DNA from: Bacteroidales bacterium
GTDB lineage: Bacteria > Bacteroidota > Bacteroidia > Bacteroidales > P3
Reading direction: 5' to 3'
DNA length: 64,000 nucleotides
Assembly (NCBI GenBank): GCA_017448185.1
Contig: JAFSLX010000049.1
Span: 1,152 to 65,151, forward strand
The position numbers and the translations under genes are program-made. This document shows, piece after piece, positions 17,479 through 26,001 of this stretch; position 1 is the stretch's first letter; every line of letters begins with the position of its first letter. Under the pieces are notes generated by a model, which saw only the letters and a program-made list of their open reading frames with translations, did no database searches and was not told where the DNA came from.

Positions 17479-18822
17479 TTATTTACCACAGACTGTTTTT
17501 ACAGGATTAGTCAATTTGAATGCCTTTAACGGCTTCAAATAATTTTTGAATGGATGAAGTTCATCATTTATTATTTCCGCCTTTTCTGAATATTTAAAAT
17601 ATTTGGACTCCACATTAAAAAAAACTGTACAATCCTTATTGTCAAAATACCGATACCTGTACAAGCGTAAATTGGGTGATTCTAAACTATATATATGGCC
17701 CGATGCAATAAAGCAATCCGGATAGAACCTGAGGACATCCAGAGAATTCAATATCTCTTCACGGAATTGATGGTCATAGATTGTCCCCCCAGAGCCAAGC
17801 AGCATTGGGTTCAAATGGTATACTTTGCTGGAATGTATAAAACTGTGCACGGTTAGAATGTCAAGAATTTTGCTTTGCCTGTCATATTTTATATCTTTCA
17901 TTTGTTCAAGAATTAAGCGCCTGAAAAACTTAACTGCACCCAAACACTTATATTTCCCATCAATATCAAGTTCAAAAGCGAATACATTGATACTATCCCG
18001 TGTCGGTTGTGCCACAACAAAAGCGTCATCTGTACAATATTCCAAAAAAGATTTTCCAAAAGAAGACCTGTTTGAAAGTCTTTGCCGTTGTACAGGATTG
18101 GAAAAAATAGTCATTCCAGATGTTAATGGTTTTTTTACGTAATTGAGGTATGTCCATCTATGTGATCCAGTGTCAGATTTCTGCAAATAAGAAAAAATAA
18201 CATTGTGGTCTGTAACTTCGATATCATCGTAATATTTAGGGTAATCATCATAACTATGAGTATAGGAATTAAAACAATTCGGAGTTATGCGTACCATGTC
18301 AATAATCGAGCTGAAGATACTGAGAGTGTCCTCGTTGCATGTCATAAGGACATGCAACCCGGTCATTGAACCGTCTACAGAAAAGACGGCAATATTATTA
18401 AAATGTTGCATATAATACAGCCCTGTTTCAATAAACACCGAATCGTTCGGGAAACCCTGAAGTGGGAAATAACCCCAAGTCGTGGCATAGTATTCTTCAC
18501 CATCCTCGTAAACGAGTCCACAAAAATATACGGTATCCTGAAATATCGTGAAATCCAGAACCTTCACTGCAACATAATTCCCAGGATAATCCAGATACAT
18601 TTGTGGGGCCGATGCTGTTGTGTCGGTAACCAGCGAAAAGATGCTCCTGCCGGAATTATAGTTGTAAACCAGCCACTCACCCCTTTCGGTCTCCCTTACG
18701 AGCGAGTAGTCGTCGTGCAGGTTCCGCAACTCGCGGGTCATCTCCTGACCGAAAACGGACTGTGAGAGCGACAGGAACAGCGATGCGGCAAGCAGCCACA
18801 GAATGATTTTATTTCTTTTCAT
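17479..18822 (-). CDS. hypothetical secreted protein (AT-rich orphan)
   Basis: Signal MKRNKIILWLLAASLFLSLSQSVFGQ. A long uninterrupted ORF with no motif I recognise. Confidence 0.7.
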   Translation of the reverse strand: MKRNKIILWLLAASLFLSLSQSVFGQEMTRELRNLHDDYSLVRETERGEWLVYNYNSGRSIFSLVTDTTASAPQMYLDYPGNYVAVKVLDFTIFQDTVYFCGLVYEDGEEYYATTWGYFPLQGFPNDSVFIETGLYYMQHFNNIAVFSVDGSMTGLHVLMTCNEDTLSIFSSIIDMVRITPNCFNSYTHSYDDYPKYYDDIEVTDHNVIFSYLQKSDTGSHRWTYLNYVKKPLTSGMTIFSNPVQRQRLSNRSSFGKSFLEYCTDDAFVVAQPTRDSINVFAFELDIDGKYKCLGAVKFFRRLILEQMKDIKYDRQSKILDILTVHSFIHSSKVYHLNPMLLGSGGTIYDHQFREEILNSLDVLRFYPDCFIASGHIYSLESPNLRLYRYRYFDNKDCTVFFNVESKYFKYSEKAEIINDELHPFKNYLKPLKAFKLTNPVKTVCGK

Positions 18823-19066
18823 TTTCTTTGTATTTTTTATTGTTTGTCCCTATTGACGCAGGGGGGACTTTGCGATGCCCTTCGGAATGGTGCTGCATGG
18901 AGTACAGGGGACACGCACTGTTGTCCATGCAATAAAGTCGGATAGTCTGCGTTTTTACTCTCGTAGAGCGTTCCGCTTTACGCCTCGGGTGCGGGTTGGC
19001 AGGGAAGAGTGGTGTTGTTGGGGAACATACAGTACACTCCCCCTGCGTGGCGCCCTCAATTTTTTC

Positions 19067-19111
19067 GGCTCCTGCGCGGCGGCGTACCACTAAACCGCGC
19101 GGAGCCTTTTT
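19067..19111 (+). terminator. terminator-like hairpin oriented on the + strand
   Basis: GGCTCCTGCGCGG..CCGCGCGGAGCC followed by TTTTT on the + strand. The flanking genes are on the minus strand. Confidence 0.5.
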
Positions 19112-19170
19112 CAGATGAAATGCATAAGTCTTATTTGTTTAATGCAGGCCTGCGGCCTAACATAAGTCAT

Positions 19171-19581
19171 TTACTTAATAGCCGTGCAGGTATATTCACC
19201 TGTTTTGTTGTTGTACTCAATCGTGACGATGTAACCTTCCAAAGTCATGCCGTCAGCCCACTTGTGGGCATCTGATTCGCTGGTGGTGACATAGGTGACA
19301 GTCTCCTTCGTCAGGGTGAGCGCAGGGGTTCCATTCCTCGAAAACGACACTTCATAGCCTTCGCGGGCAAGAGCGAGCATCTGGTCAATAAAGGCCTGCC
19401 ATGCCTCCTCCCCGTACAGAACCGTGCTGTAGCTTTGTCCGTCGATGGTGTAGGTGACGCTGATGGCGTCGACAATCTGGTTGGCGAGACTTCCCTGATC
19501 TTCGAAGTTTTCTTTCTGGCAGCCGGCGGCTGCAACCGTGAGCATTGCAACGAATGCCACTTTCTTGAACGTATTTTTCAT
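19171..19581 (-). CDS. hypothetical lipoprotein
   Basis: MKNTFKKVAFVAMLTVAAAGC lipobox. The start overlaps the upstream stop (ATGA). Confidence 0.7.
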   Translation of the reverse strand: MKNTFKKVAFVAMLTVAAAGCQKENFEDQGSLANQIVDAISVTYTIDGQSYSTVLYGEEAWQAFIDQMLALAREGYEVSFSRNGTPALTLTKETVTYVTTSESDAHKWADGMTLEGYIVTIEYNNKTGEYTCTAIK

Positions 19582-20159
19582 TGTTTGATTTTTTTAATAT
19601 GATTTGACGTTATTTGACTGAGTTCCGATACCGAATGGTTGTTGTAGACGACAAAGGTCATCTCCGAAGCCTTGACGATGAGCAACCTGCAGTTTTCGCT
19701 GTATTCCGACGGACGTTTCCTTGTGTCGGTGATGTCCACAATAGCCTGCGTGTATGCCTGCGGGGAAGTGCCGCGTCCGCTGGCGAAAAAGCGTATCAAT
19801 TCCTCGGGGAACCCGAAGTCGTCCATCAAGCGGTTCCAGGCGGCGGTGTCGACGGCCTGCAGCGTGGTGACATCCATCGTGACGCTGTCGTTGACACGGT
19901 AGTCCTTGACAAATCCCGTGGCTATGCCTGGCTCGTGCTCGTATCTGAGGTACAACGGATCCAGCTCCGCCCTGTCAACCGTCCGCGGACAGTACTTCCA
20001 CGCGGTTATCGCGCCAAGGACGAGCAGCAGCACCTGATTACGTGTGCGGCGGCGGCGCCAGTAGCGGTCGTGCCACCGCCGGTCGGCGGCACGCTGGCCG
20101 CATATTTCTATCAGCCTGCCGATGTCTTCACTACTCTCAATCTTGATTTCCATTTTCAT
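19578..20159 (-). CDS. single-pass membrane protein, candidate anti-sigma factor
   Basis: Arg-rich cytoplasmic segment, then TM VLLLVLGAITAW. It lies directly downstream of the sigma gene and overlaps it. The ORF-track start at 20180 is GTG; ATGs occur at 20159 and 20153. Confidence 0.6.
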   Translation of the reverse strand: MKMEIKIESSEDIGRLIEICGQRAADRRWHDRYWRRRRTRNQVLLLVLGAITAWKYCPRTVDRAELDPLYLRYEHEPGIATGFVKDYRVNDSVTMDVTTLQAVDTAAWNRLMDDFGFPEELIRFFASGRGTSPQAYTQAIVDITDTRKRPSEYSENCRLLIVKASEMTFVVYNNHSVSELSQITSNHIKKIKQ

Positions 20160-20661
20160 GTATTTTTTTATATATTTCACATAACTCCTGCATGATGCGC
20201 TGTAGCCTTTTCCGGGCGGCGTCGTACATCAGCCCCATCCGCTCCGCCGTCTCGCCGAGGCTGTAGCCTTGACAGAGCAGCACCACTATCCGACGGTCAT
20301 CATCGGAAAGGTAAGCCGAAAGCTCGTCAATTAATTCCTCCGCACGGTTCTCCTCGACCAGACTCACAGGCAGATTGTCGTCGAGCGGCACGGTGGCGGG
20401 ACGGCCCGCCATCCGCCGCCTGTATTGCTGAAGCGTCTTGCGCGTGAGGAAATACACACGCATGTATTCCTTCCACTGGGGCATTCTGTCGGTAAAAGCA
20501 GGCATGTCAGTCCATAGCGCCAACCGGACCTCCTGCATCAGGTCGTCGAACAGCACGCAACTGCCATGCGAATGCAGCATGCACTGGCGTACCATCAGAG
20601 GACGGTACCTTTCGCAGAGCCGCCCGAAATATTCCTCCCGGTTTTTGGTGTCGATGTTCAT
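20137..20661 (-). CDS. sigma-70 family (ECF-like) RNA polymerase sigma factor
   Basis: Region 4 HTH LSDDDRRIVVLLCQGYSLGETAERMGLMYDAARKRLQRIMQEL. Region 2-like segment EVRLALWTDMPAF. Confidence 0.75.
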   Translation of the reverse strand: MNIDTKNREEYFGRLCERYRPLMVRQCMLHSHGSCVLFDDLMQEVRLALWTDMPAFTDRMPQWKEYMRVYFLTRKTLQQYRRRMAGRPATVPLDDNLPVSLVEENRAEELIDELSAYLSDDDRRIVVLLCQGYSLGETAERMGLMYDAARKRLQRIMQELCEIYKKIHENGNQD

Positions 20662-20841
20662 GGTGTCTTCGCCGACATTTTCTATATATTAAATAGACAC
20701 TTTTTTTGCCAAAACCGGAAAACGACATGCAATTTTAACATACTTTAACATTTAAAATCGATGGCAATTTTTACAACATACTGAAAAACAATACAAAACA
20801 ATTTCTGCTATTTTAGTGGCTGAAAATGGCCTGTCAGCGTG

Positions 20842-20918
20842 TTGTTCTGCCGATGTTCAGTCGTTGTTCAGTCAAACACTGAACAACGACTGAACAACGA
20901 CTGAACAACAACCGAACA
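20842..20918. repeat. Long palindromic intergenic repeat, copy B
   Basis: GTTGTTCTGCCGATGTTCAGTCGTTGTTCAGTC - loop - ACTGAACAACGACTGAACAACGACTGAACAACAACCGAACAA. The central 19-bp stem is perfect, and the right arm has one extra unit. Confidence 0.85.
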
Positions 20919-21020
20919 AACACCTATCCCACAGCATGTTGACTCACTATTGTCTAATAGTTGCCTGATAAACCATCAGGCAACTATTAAGCAACGGCAT
21001 GAGGAGTGGGAAAAAAGAAA

Positions 21021-22312
21021 GGTTCATCCGCTAAATGGATAGGTGGAGTCGTGTAGAGACAGGAGTTTGAGTTTGAAGAAGGACATGTCTCGGTAGCCAT
21101 AGGCTTGACGTTTCATAGTCTTGATTTTGTTATTGATGCCCTCGAGTTTTCCGTTGGAGATGCGGTAGTCGTACCAGGCAAGTATGCCTTTACGGTGTCG
21201 TGCGAGGGTGTCTGCGATGCTTTCGATTGGTTTCAGGCCTGACTGTCTGGCCTGTTCAATCCAGTCGTCGAGTACGATTGCAGCATCCTGCTTGTTTTCC
21301 TGCCACCATACACGACGTAGGGATTCCTTGAGGTAGTAGGCGGTGGCCAGCGGGCGGTTGATGTCAAGGGCCTTGTACAGACGTTCCTCGGCCTTGGGCG
21401 AGAGGTTGTCGCCGTTTGCCAGCAGCAGCCAGCGCTGCCCCTTTATCAGGCGGCGCTTGTTCTCGTCGGTTTCCTGGTTGTAGGTGTCGCGCCGCACCTT
21501 GTCGAGTTTCTCGTTCATCAGTTTGACGATGTGGAAGTGGTCGAATATCTGTACGGCATCCGGCAGGTGTTCCCTGACGGCGGAGATGAAAGCCTCGGAG
21601 AGGTCTGTCGACACAGCCTCGATCCTGCATCCTGCACGTGCCAGCTTCGGCCACAGGCCGTCCAGCGCATCCGCCCCCTTGCCGTTGCCGACATACACTA
21701 TCCCACCACACTCCAGGTCTACCACAATGGTCATATACACCTGCCCCTTGGCCACAGCGAACTCGTCGATGCCGATGTAACGTGGCTCCTTGAGGTCGGG
21801 GCGGCTGTACTTGCGCCCCAGTTCAGCCTTGAGAATGTCCTTCACCGTATCCCACGACATATGTACCTGCTTGGCCACATCCGCTATCGTGCCTATCCTG
21901 CACAGATCCAGCACAAACCTTTTCATACGGTAGGTGTACCGCTCCTTGCCTCTGACAAAATGGACCCTCTCCTGCTGTATCGCCCCACAGTCCTTGCATT
22001 CGAGCCGCTGCACCGTCATCTCGAGTATTATCTGGCGCGACCCTATCGGCACACTCCGGAATCGCCTGACAGTGCTGCCACTCTTAATTACATGTCGGCT
22101 ACCGCACCTGGCACAATAAAGTTTGTCATCTCTCGTTCTTATTTTAAAGATTATCCTGCCGCCCTCGTAGCGCGTGCATGTGCACTCCTGATCCCGGATT
22201 CCGAGGCAATGATACATGAAGCTGGTTTCCATTCCGTACCTTTTTTAGCATTTACAATACGAAATGCCAGCTTCTTTTATTGTGTATCACCTACGCATTT
22301 GTAGGAAGAACC
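21021..22312 (-). mobile_element. ISL3-family insertion sequence, intact, with 8-bp target site duplication
   Basis: Terminal inverted repeats GGTTCATCCGCTAAATGGATAGGTG and GGTTCTTCCTACAAATGCGTAGGTG (reverse complement of the right end) match at about 18 of 25 positions. Flanking direct repeats AAAAGAAA occur at 21013-21020 and 22313-22320. Confidence 0.85.
21024..22232 (-). CDS. ISL3 family transposase
   Basis: N-terminal zinc-finger CARCGS..CKDCG and a DDE domain (YIGIDEFA..VSTDLSEAF..NNKIKTMKRQAYGYRD), typical of ISL3. Confidence 0.9.
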   Translation of the reverse strand: METSFMYHCLGIRDQECTCTRYEGGRIIFKIRTRDDKLYCARCGSRHVIKSGSTVRRFRSVPIGSRQIILEMTVQRLECKDCGAIQQERVHFVRGKERYTYRMKRFVLDLCRIGTIADVAKQVHMSWDTVKDILKAELGRKYSRPDLKEPRYIGIDEFAVAKGQVYMTIVVDLECGGIVYVGNGKGADALDGLWPKLARAGCRIEAVSTDLSEAFISAVREHLPDAVQIFDHFHIVKLMNEKLDKVRRDTYNQETDENKRRLIKGQRWLLLANGDNLSPKAEERLYKALDINRPLATAYYLKESLRRVWWQENKQDAAIVLDDWIEQARQSGLKPIESIADTLARHRKGILAWYDYRISNGKLEGINNKIKTMKRQAYGYRDMSFFKLKLLSLHDSTYPFSG

Positions 22313-22320
22313 AAAAGAAA

Positions 22321-22351
22321 GGCGTGGAAGAGGGTTGTCCTCTTCCACGCC
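22321..22351. terminator. strong hairpin immediately right of the IS
   Basis: GGCGTGGAAGAGG-gttgt-CCTCTTCCACGCC. T-rich tracts lie on both sides once the IS is removed in silico. Confidence 0.55.
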
Positions 22352-22531
22352 TAATCTATTCTTTTTTTCAGGACTTATTGTTTCGGGGTCTTCCACGAGA
22401 AGAGTTATTATTATTGAAATACAATTTATTCCATTTATGGGGGTAAATAAAGGGTGAAAATAATTTTGTCGTTTTCACAATAAAAACATACAATCTGTGT
22501 TATTAGTGCATAATAGAAATGACGACAGGTA

Positions 22532-23653
22532 ATGAAAACAAAACGCCCCACCGTTAGAGTTATCCTTGCAACCGACAAAGAACGAGATGGCAAATCGCCA
22601 GCCCAAATCCTTGTGACATGGAGAGGAAGAGCCAAAGAGAACACTGGTCATTGGCTCAAGAGCGTAAATGAATGGCGAAGCATACCCGACATCAGGGAAC
22701 GAGTAAACGACATTGAGGCAAGTATTGATTGGCTATTAAAGCAAGGTGAAGAATTTACAGCTAGCGAGTGCCTTAACCGAAGGCAACAGCACAAGAAAAC
22801 ACTCGAAGATATCGCCAGAGAACTTGAAAGGCAGAGTCAATTTAAAGAGCGTACAGTTATCAACTACAAACACGCTATCAAGCACTGGAACGACTACTTT
22901 GGTGACATACCCGTAGAAAGGGTGACTACCTCGATGTTGCAGGGTGCGACTAAAAATTGGCTCAAAACGGCTAAAGTCGGTGGAGTATGGCAAAGGCTTT
23001 CAACGCTTAAAAGTCTGTTCAATTTCGGGGTTGAAATGGGGTACTTAAAAAACAACCCATTTAAAGGCTGGAAATTCAAGTCGGAGGGCATTAAGCCGCC
23101 CACCAACCCCAAAGCCCGTAGCGAAGACGAAATACAGCAAATTAGGGATGCTTGGGAAAAAGGGAATGAGGGTGCTGGCTGGTGGATGGCTTGTTATCGG
23201 TTCTGTGGGCTGGCACTAGTTGACCTTCTACGTCTTGACTTTAACAGCATAGAGGTTGTAGGTAGCACAGCAAAATGTTATTATGTTGGCTATATTAACC
23301 GACAGAAAACCAACCAAAAAGCAACCGTAATTACAAGAAAAGACCGCGAAAGCAAGAAACTGATAGATTTTTTACTTGAGGAGAAAGCGAAATATCCTCA
23401 CCGCGACAAAAGGATGTGGGAAAAAGTAATTAATTACCACTTAAGCACACTTGGATTCATCCCAAAACTCACCTACTATCACGCTCGTCACAGTTATGCG
23501 ACGGAACTAATCAACAAAAACGTACCGTTAAACGACCTAGCCACCCTGCTTGGCAGAAACATTCAGAACATTCAAACATACATAAAGCAGGTTCAGAGTG
23601 TAGACCATTTAATCAAGGTTATATCAGCGAATGATAAAATCAAAATCGACTAA
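22532..23653 (+). CDS. site-specific tyrosine recombinase (phage integrase family)
   Basis: C-terminal catalytic region KLTYYHARHSYATELINKNVPLNDLATLLGRNIQNIQTYIK (H-x-x-R and the Tyr nucleophile). The N-terminal arm and SAM-like domains are typical of Bacteroidota integrases. Confidence 0.88.
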   Translation: MKTKRPTVRVILATDKERDGKSPAQILVTWRGRAKENTGHWLKSVNEWRSIPDIRERVNDIEASIDWLLKQGEEFTASECLNRRQQHKKTLEDIARELERQSQFKERTVINYKHAIKHWNDYFGDIPVERVTTSMLQGATKNWLKTAKVGGVWQRLSTLKSLFNFGVEMGYLKNNPFKGWKFKSEGIKPPTNPKARSEDEIQQIRDAWEKGNEGAGWWMACYRFCGLALVDLLRLDFNSIEVVGSTAKCYYVGYINRQKTNQKATVITRKDRESKKLIDFLLEEKAKYPHRDKRMWEKVINYHLSTLGFIPKLTYYHARHSYATELINKNVPLNDLATLLGRNIQNIQTYIKQVQSVDHLIKVISANDKIKID

Positions 23654-23674
23654 CACCAGCACTTCACAAAGACA

Positions 23675-23700
23675 AAGGGCGACTTGTGACGGTCGCCCTT
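23675..23700. terminator. bidirectional hairpin between convergent integrase and LRR genes
   Basis: AAGGGCGAC-ttgtgac-GGTCGCCCTT. Confidence 0.6.
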
Positions 23701-23729
23701 GTTTGTGAATGGATGTTCTTTTGGTCGCG

Positions 23730-25589
23730 TTATCGCATTACGACAACCTTTTGTGCTGGCAGTGTGCCGACCTTGACGATGTACACGCCTGACGGCAAGG
23801 CTCGGTTCTGCACCATGCGCCCTGTGATGTCGTACACTCGCACCTCTTCATTCGTGATGCCCTCGACGCAGACACGCCCGTTGAACACACTTATACGGAT
23901 GTTTTCTTCACAAACCTCGCCGATACCCTGTGTGCCATTCGGGACGAAATAGGCGATAATGGTAGTGTCATTGGTGACAGTCAAAGTATAGGGATTATCG
24001 GTGCTACCTGTGCTCCAGTGGTCAAAACGGTAGCCATTGTTTGCAATAGCATGGAGTGTAATAGTAGTACCATAGTCAAACATTCCATCGCCAGTCACAC
24101 TACCACAGGCAGTGTCATTTTGCGCAACGGAAACGGCAACAGTATGTTTATCAATAACGAAATTACATGTAATAGTAAGGTCTTCATTCATTACCACCCA
24201 TACAGTGTCCTTGTTCGTCGAAGTATTCACAATACCCGTTCCCGACCAATTATCTACATGGTAATGTGCTGTAGGACTAGCTACAACTATTAGTGTGTCG
24301 CCAAATGTTGCGGTATCTCCAGCGGGAAAAGATACAAATCCATAGTTGTCATCATTTGCATTGGCTGTAAGAGTATAGATATTACGGACAAAGTAGGCAA
24401 TTATTGTACTATCTCCGACTAGTGTAATTGTAATAGGATTATCTGTACTGCCGTTGTCCCAGTGGTCAAATCGATATTCAGGTGAATTGGCTATAGCCTG
24501 AATCACTACAGTAGAGTCACATCGTACAATACGATTGCCTGGTCCTAAAACGACATTTGCACTCCCTCGTGTAGTATCGTTTGATAGTACGTTGACAGAA
24601 ATATCATAATACGGTGGGCATAAACTACCATTATAATACTTCCACGATTCCCATTGGGGATGTTCCCAAACATCAACATAATAGGCATCATATGAACATC
24701 CGTTCAAAATAAATACTCTTCCAGGTGCATTATTCCAAAAAGGTAATTGGTACAATTGTTCACCAGCAAGTGTAGGTGGGGTTAAAGGCATCATATATAT
24801 AGTGTCCAATTGAATACACTGCTCAAAGGCTTGTTTGCCAATAGATGTAACGCCTTTACCAATAGTCACTGTCTGTAGGCTGGAGTCTGCCATAAATGCA
24901 TAATTCCCAATAGAAGTGACACTGTCTGGAATAATAACATTGGTCAGGTTTTTACAAAGTTTAAAGGCTTCCTGACCAATAATGGAGACATTATTACCCA
25001 AGGTTATGCTGGTCAAACCTGTGCAATTCGAGAATGCTGCGGAACCAATGGTGGTGACGCTGTTAGGGATGATTATGGTACCCAAATAAGACATTCCAGA
25101 ACAGAGCAATTGAGGTATTACGCTCACACTATTCCCAAAAGTAAAACTCGTAATATATGGACACCCTGCGAAAGCTTTGGTTGAACTGGTACCTGTAAAA
25201 GTGCAGTTGGCTGCGTTGAATTCAACAGAATCCAAACTAGAGCAGCCTTGGAAGGCAGATGGGCCGATATTGGTAATGGTAATTGGGATAGTAACGGAGG
25301 TTAAACCATTACAATTATAAAATGCATGACTGTATATTTCCGTGACTGGATAGACCGTACCATTATGAGTAATACTGTCAGGAATCACAAGTGAACCTGT
25401 TGGCTTGACGTAATAGCCCCACCCATTATTTTCAGGAGAAACAATTTTGATAGTTTGGCTTGAATTATTGATAGTATAATAGATATACTGACCTGATGGT
25501 GCGACGACAGACCCACTGTATGCCCAAACTTGTGTTGTGAAGGTTCCTAAAAATGCAATAATGCATTGTGTTATTATCCGCTTTTTCAT
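23730..25589 (-). CDS. BspA-like leucine-rich-repeat surface protein with Listeria-Bacteroides (InlB B-type) repeats and a T9SS C-terminal domain
   Basis: LRR units (FYNCNGLTSVTIPITITNIGPSAFQGCSSLDSVEF...). YRFDHWDNGSTDNPITITLVGDSTIIAYF repeats. C-terminus RVYDITGRMVQNRALPSGVYIVKVGTLPAQKVVVMR. Confidence 0.85.
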   Translation of the reverse strand: MKKRIITQCIIAFLGTFTTQVWAYSGSVVAPSGQYIYYTINNSSQTIKIVSPENNGWGYYVKPTGSLVIPDSITHNGTVYPVTEIYSHAFYNCNGLTSVTIPITITNIGPSAFQGCSSLDSVEFNAANCTFTGTSSTKAFAGCPYITSFTFGNSVSVIPQLLCSGMSYLGTIIIPNSVTTIGSAAFSNCTGLTSITLGNNVSIIGQEAFKLCKNLTNVIIPDSVTSIGNYAFMADSSLQTVTIGKGVTSIGKQAFEQCIQLDTIYMMPLTPPTLAGEQLYQLPFWNNAPGRVFILNGCSYDAYYVDVWEHPQWESWKYYNGSLCPPYYDISVNVLSNDTTRGSANVVLGPGNRIVRCDSTVVIQAIANSPEYRFDHWDNGSTDNPITITLVGDSTIIAYFVRNIYTLTANANDDNYGFVSFPAGDTATFGDTLIVVASPTAHYHVDNWSGTGIVNTSTNKDTVWVVMNEDLTITCNFVIDKHTVAVSVAQNDTACGSVTGDGMFDYGTTITLHAIANNGYRFDHWSTGSTDNPYTLTVTNDTTIIAYFVPNGTQGIGEVCEENIRISVFNGRVCVEGITNEEVRVYDITGRMVQNRALPSGVYIVKVGTLPAQKVVVMR

Positions 25590-25605
25590 ATCTCATTCAT
25601 ATGGT

Positions 25606-26001
25606 TTACTGTTTGGTAAATTCTAAATGGTCAGTTGGGTAGGGGTTGTTACCGATAGATATGGCATATTGTAAGTCAAGTATTAATGTTGAGCCAGTCA
25701 ACTTCGTGATAGTACCATTGTATATCCCGCCAGCAATGACGATGGTATTGTTGCTCAGAGTATAGTTTACTACGTCGTTTTCCATGTTAAGCACACCTCC
25801 ATCTTTAAACTCCCATATACTGCCAACAAAGGAATCATGTTCCATATCATTATTGTTGTCATTCCAGTTATCTACGGTGCATTTCCATTTGCCGATGATT
25901 CCTGCATTACTGCCTCCAGCGGCATCATCTTTTGAACATGATGTTAGTGCTGTTAAAGACACTATGCACATAAGCAACAGAGTAGTTTTAAAAATTTTCA
26001 T
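25606..26001 (-). CDS. lipocalin-like lipoprotein
   Basis: Lipobox LTALTSC, then IIGKWKCT...NTIVIAGGIYNGTITKLTGSTLILD, typical of small Bacteroidota lipocalin-like domains. Confidence 0.7.
   Translation of the reverse strand: MKIFKTTLLLMCIVSLTALTSCSKDDAAGGSNAGIIGKWKCTVDNWNDNNNDMEHDSFVGSIWEFKDGGVLNMENDVVNYTLSNNTIVIAGGIYNGTITKLTGSTLILDLQYAISIGNNPYPTDHLEFTKQ

Noticed and set aside
18875-19275. Small + strand ORFs (72 and 88 aa) inside the structured spacer
   Set aside because: The products are Arg/Cys/Trp-rich improbable peptides and there is no promoter box. The region is better explained as non-coding structure.
23686-23952. 88-aa + ORF after the integrase
   Set aside because: It is antisense to the T9SS C-terminal domain of the LRR gene and starts inside the bidirectional terminator. 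It is a shadow frame.
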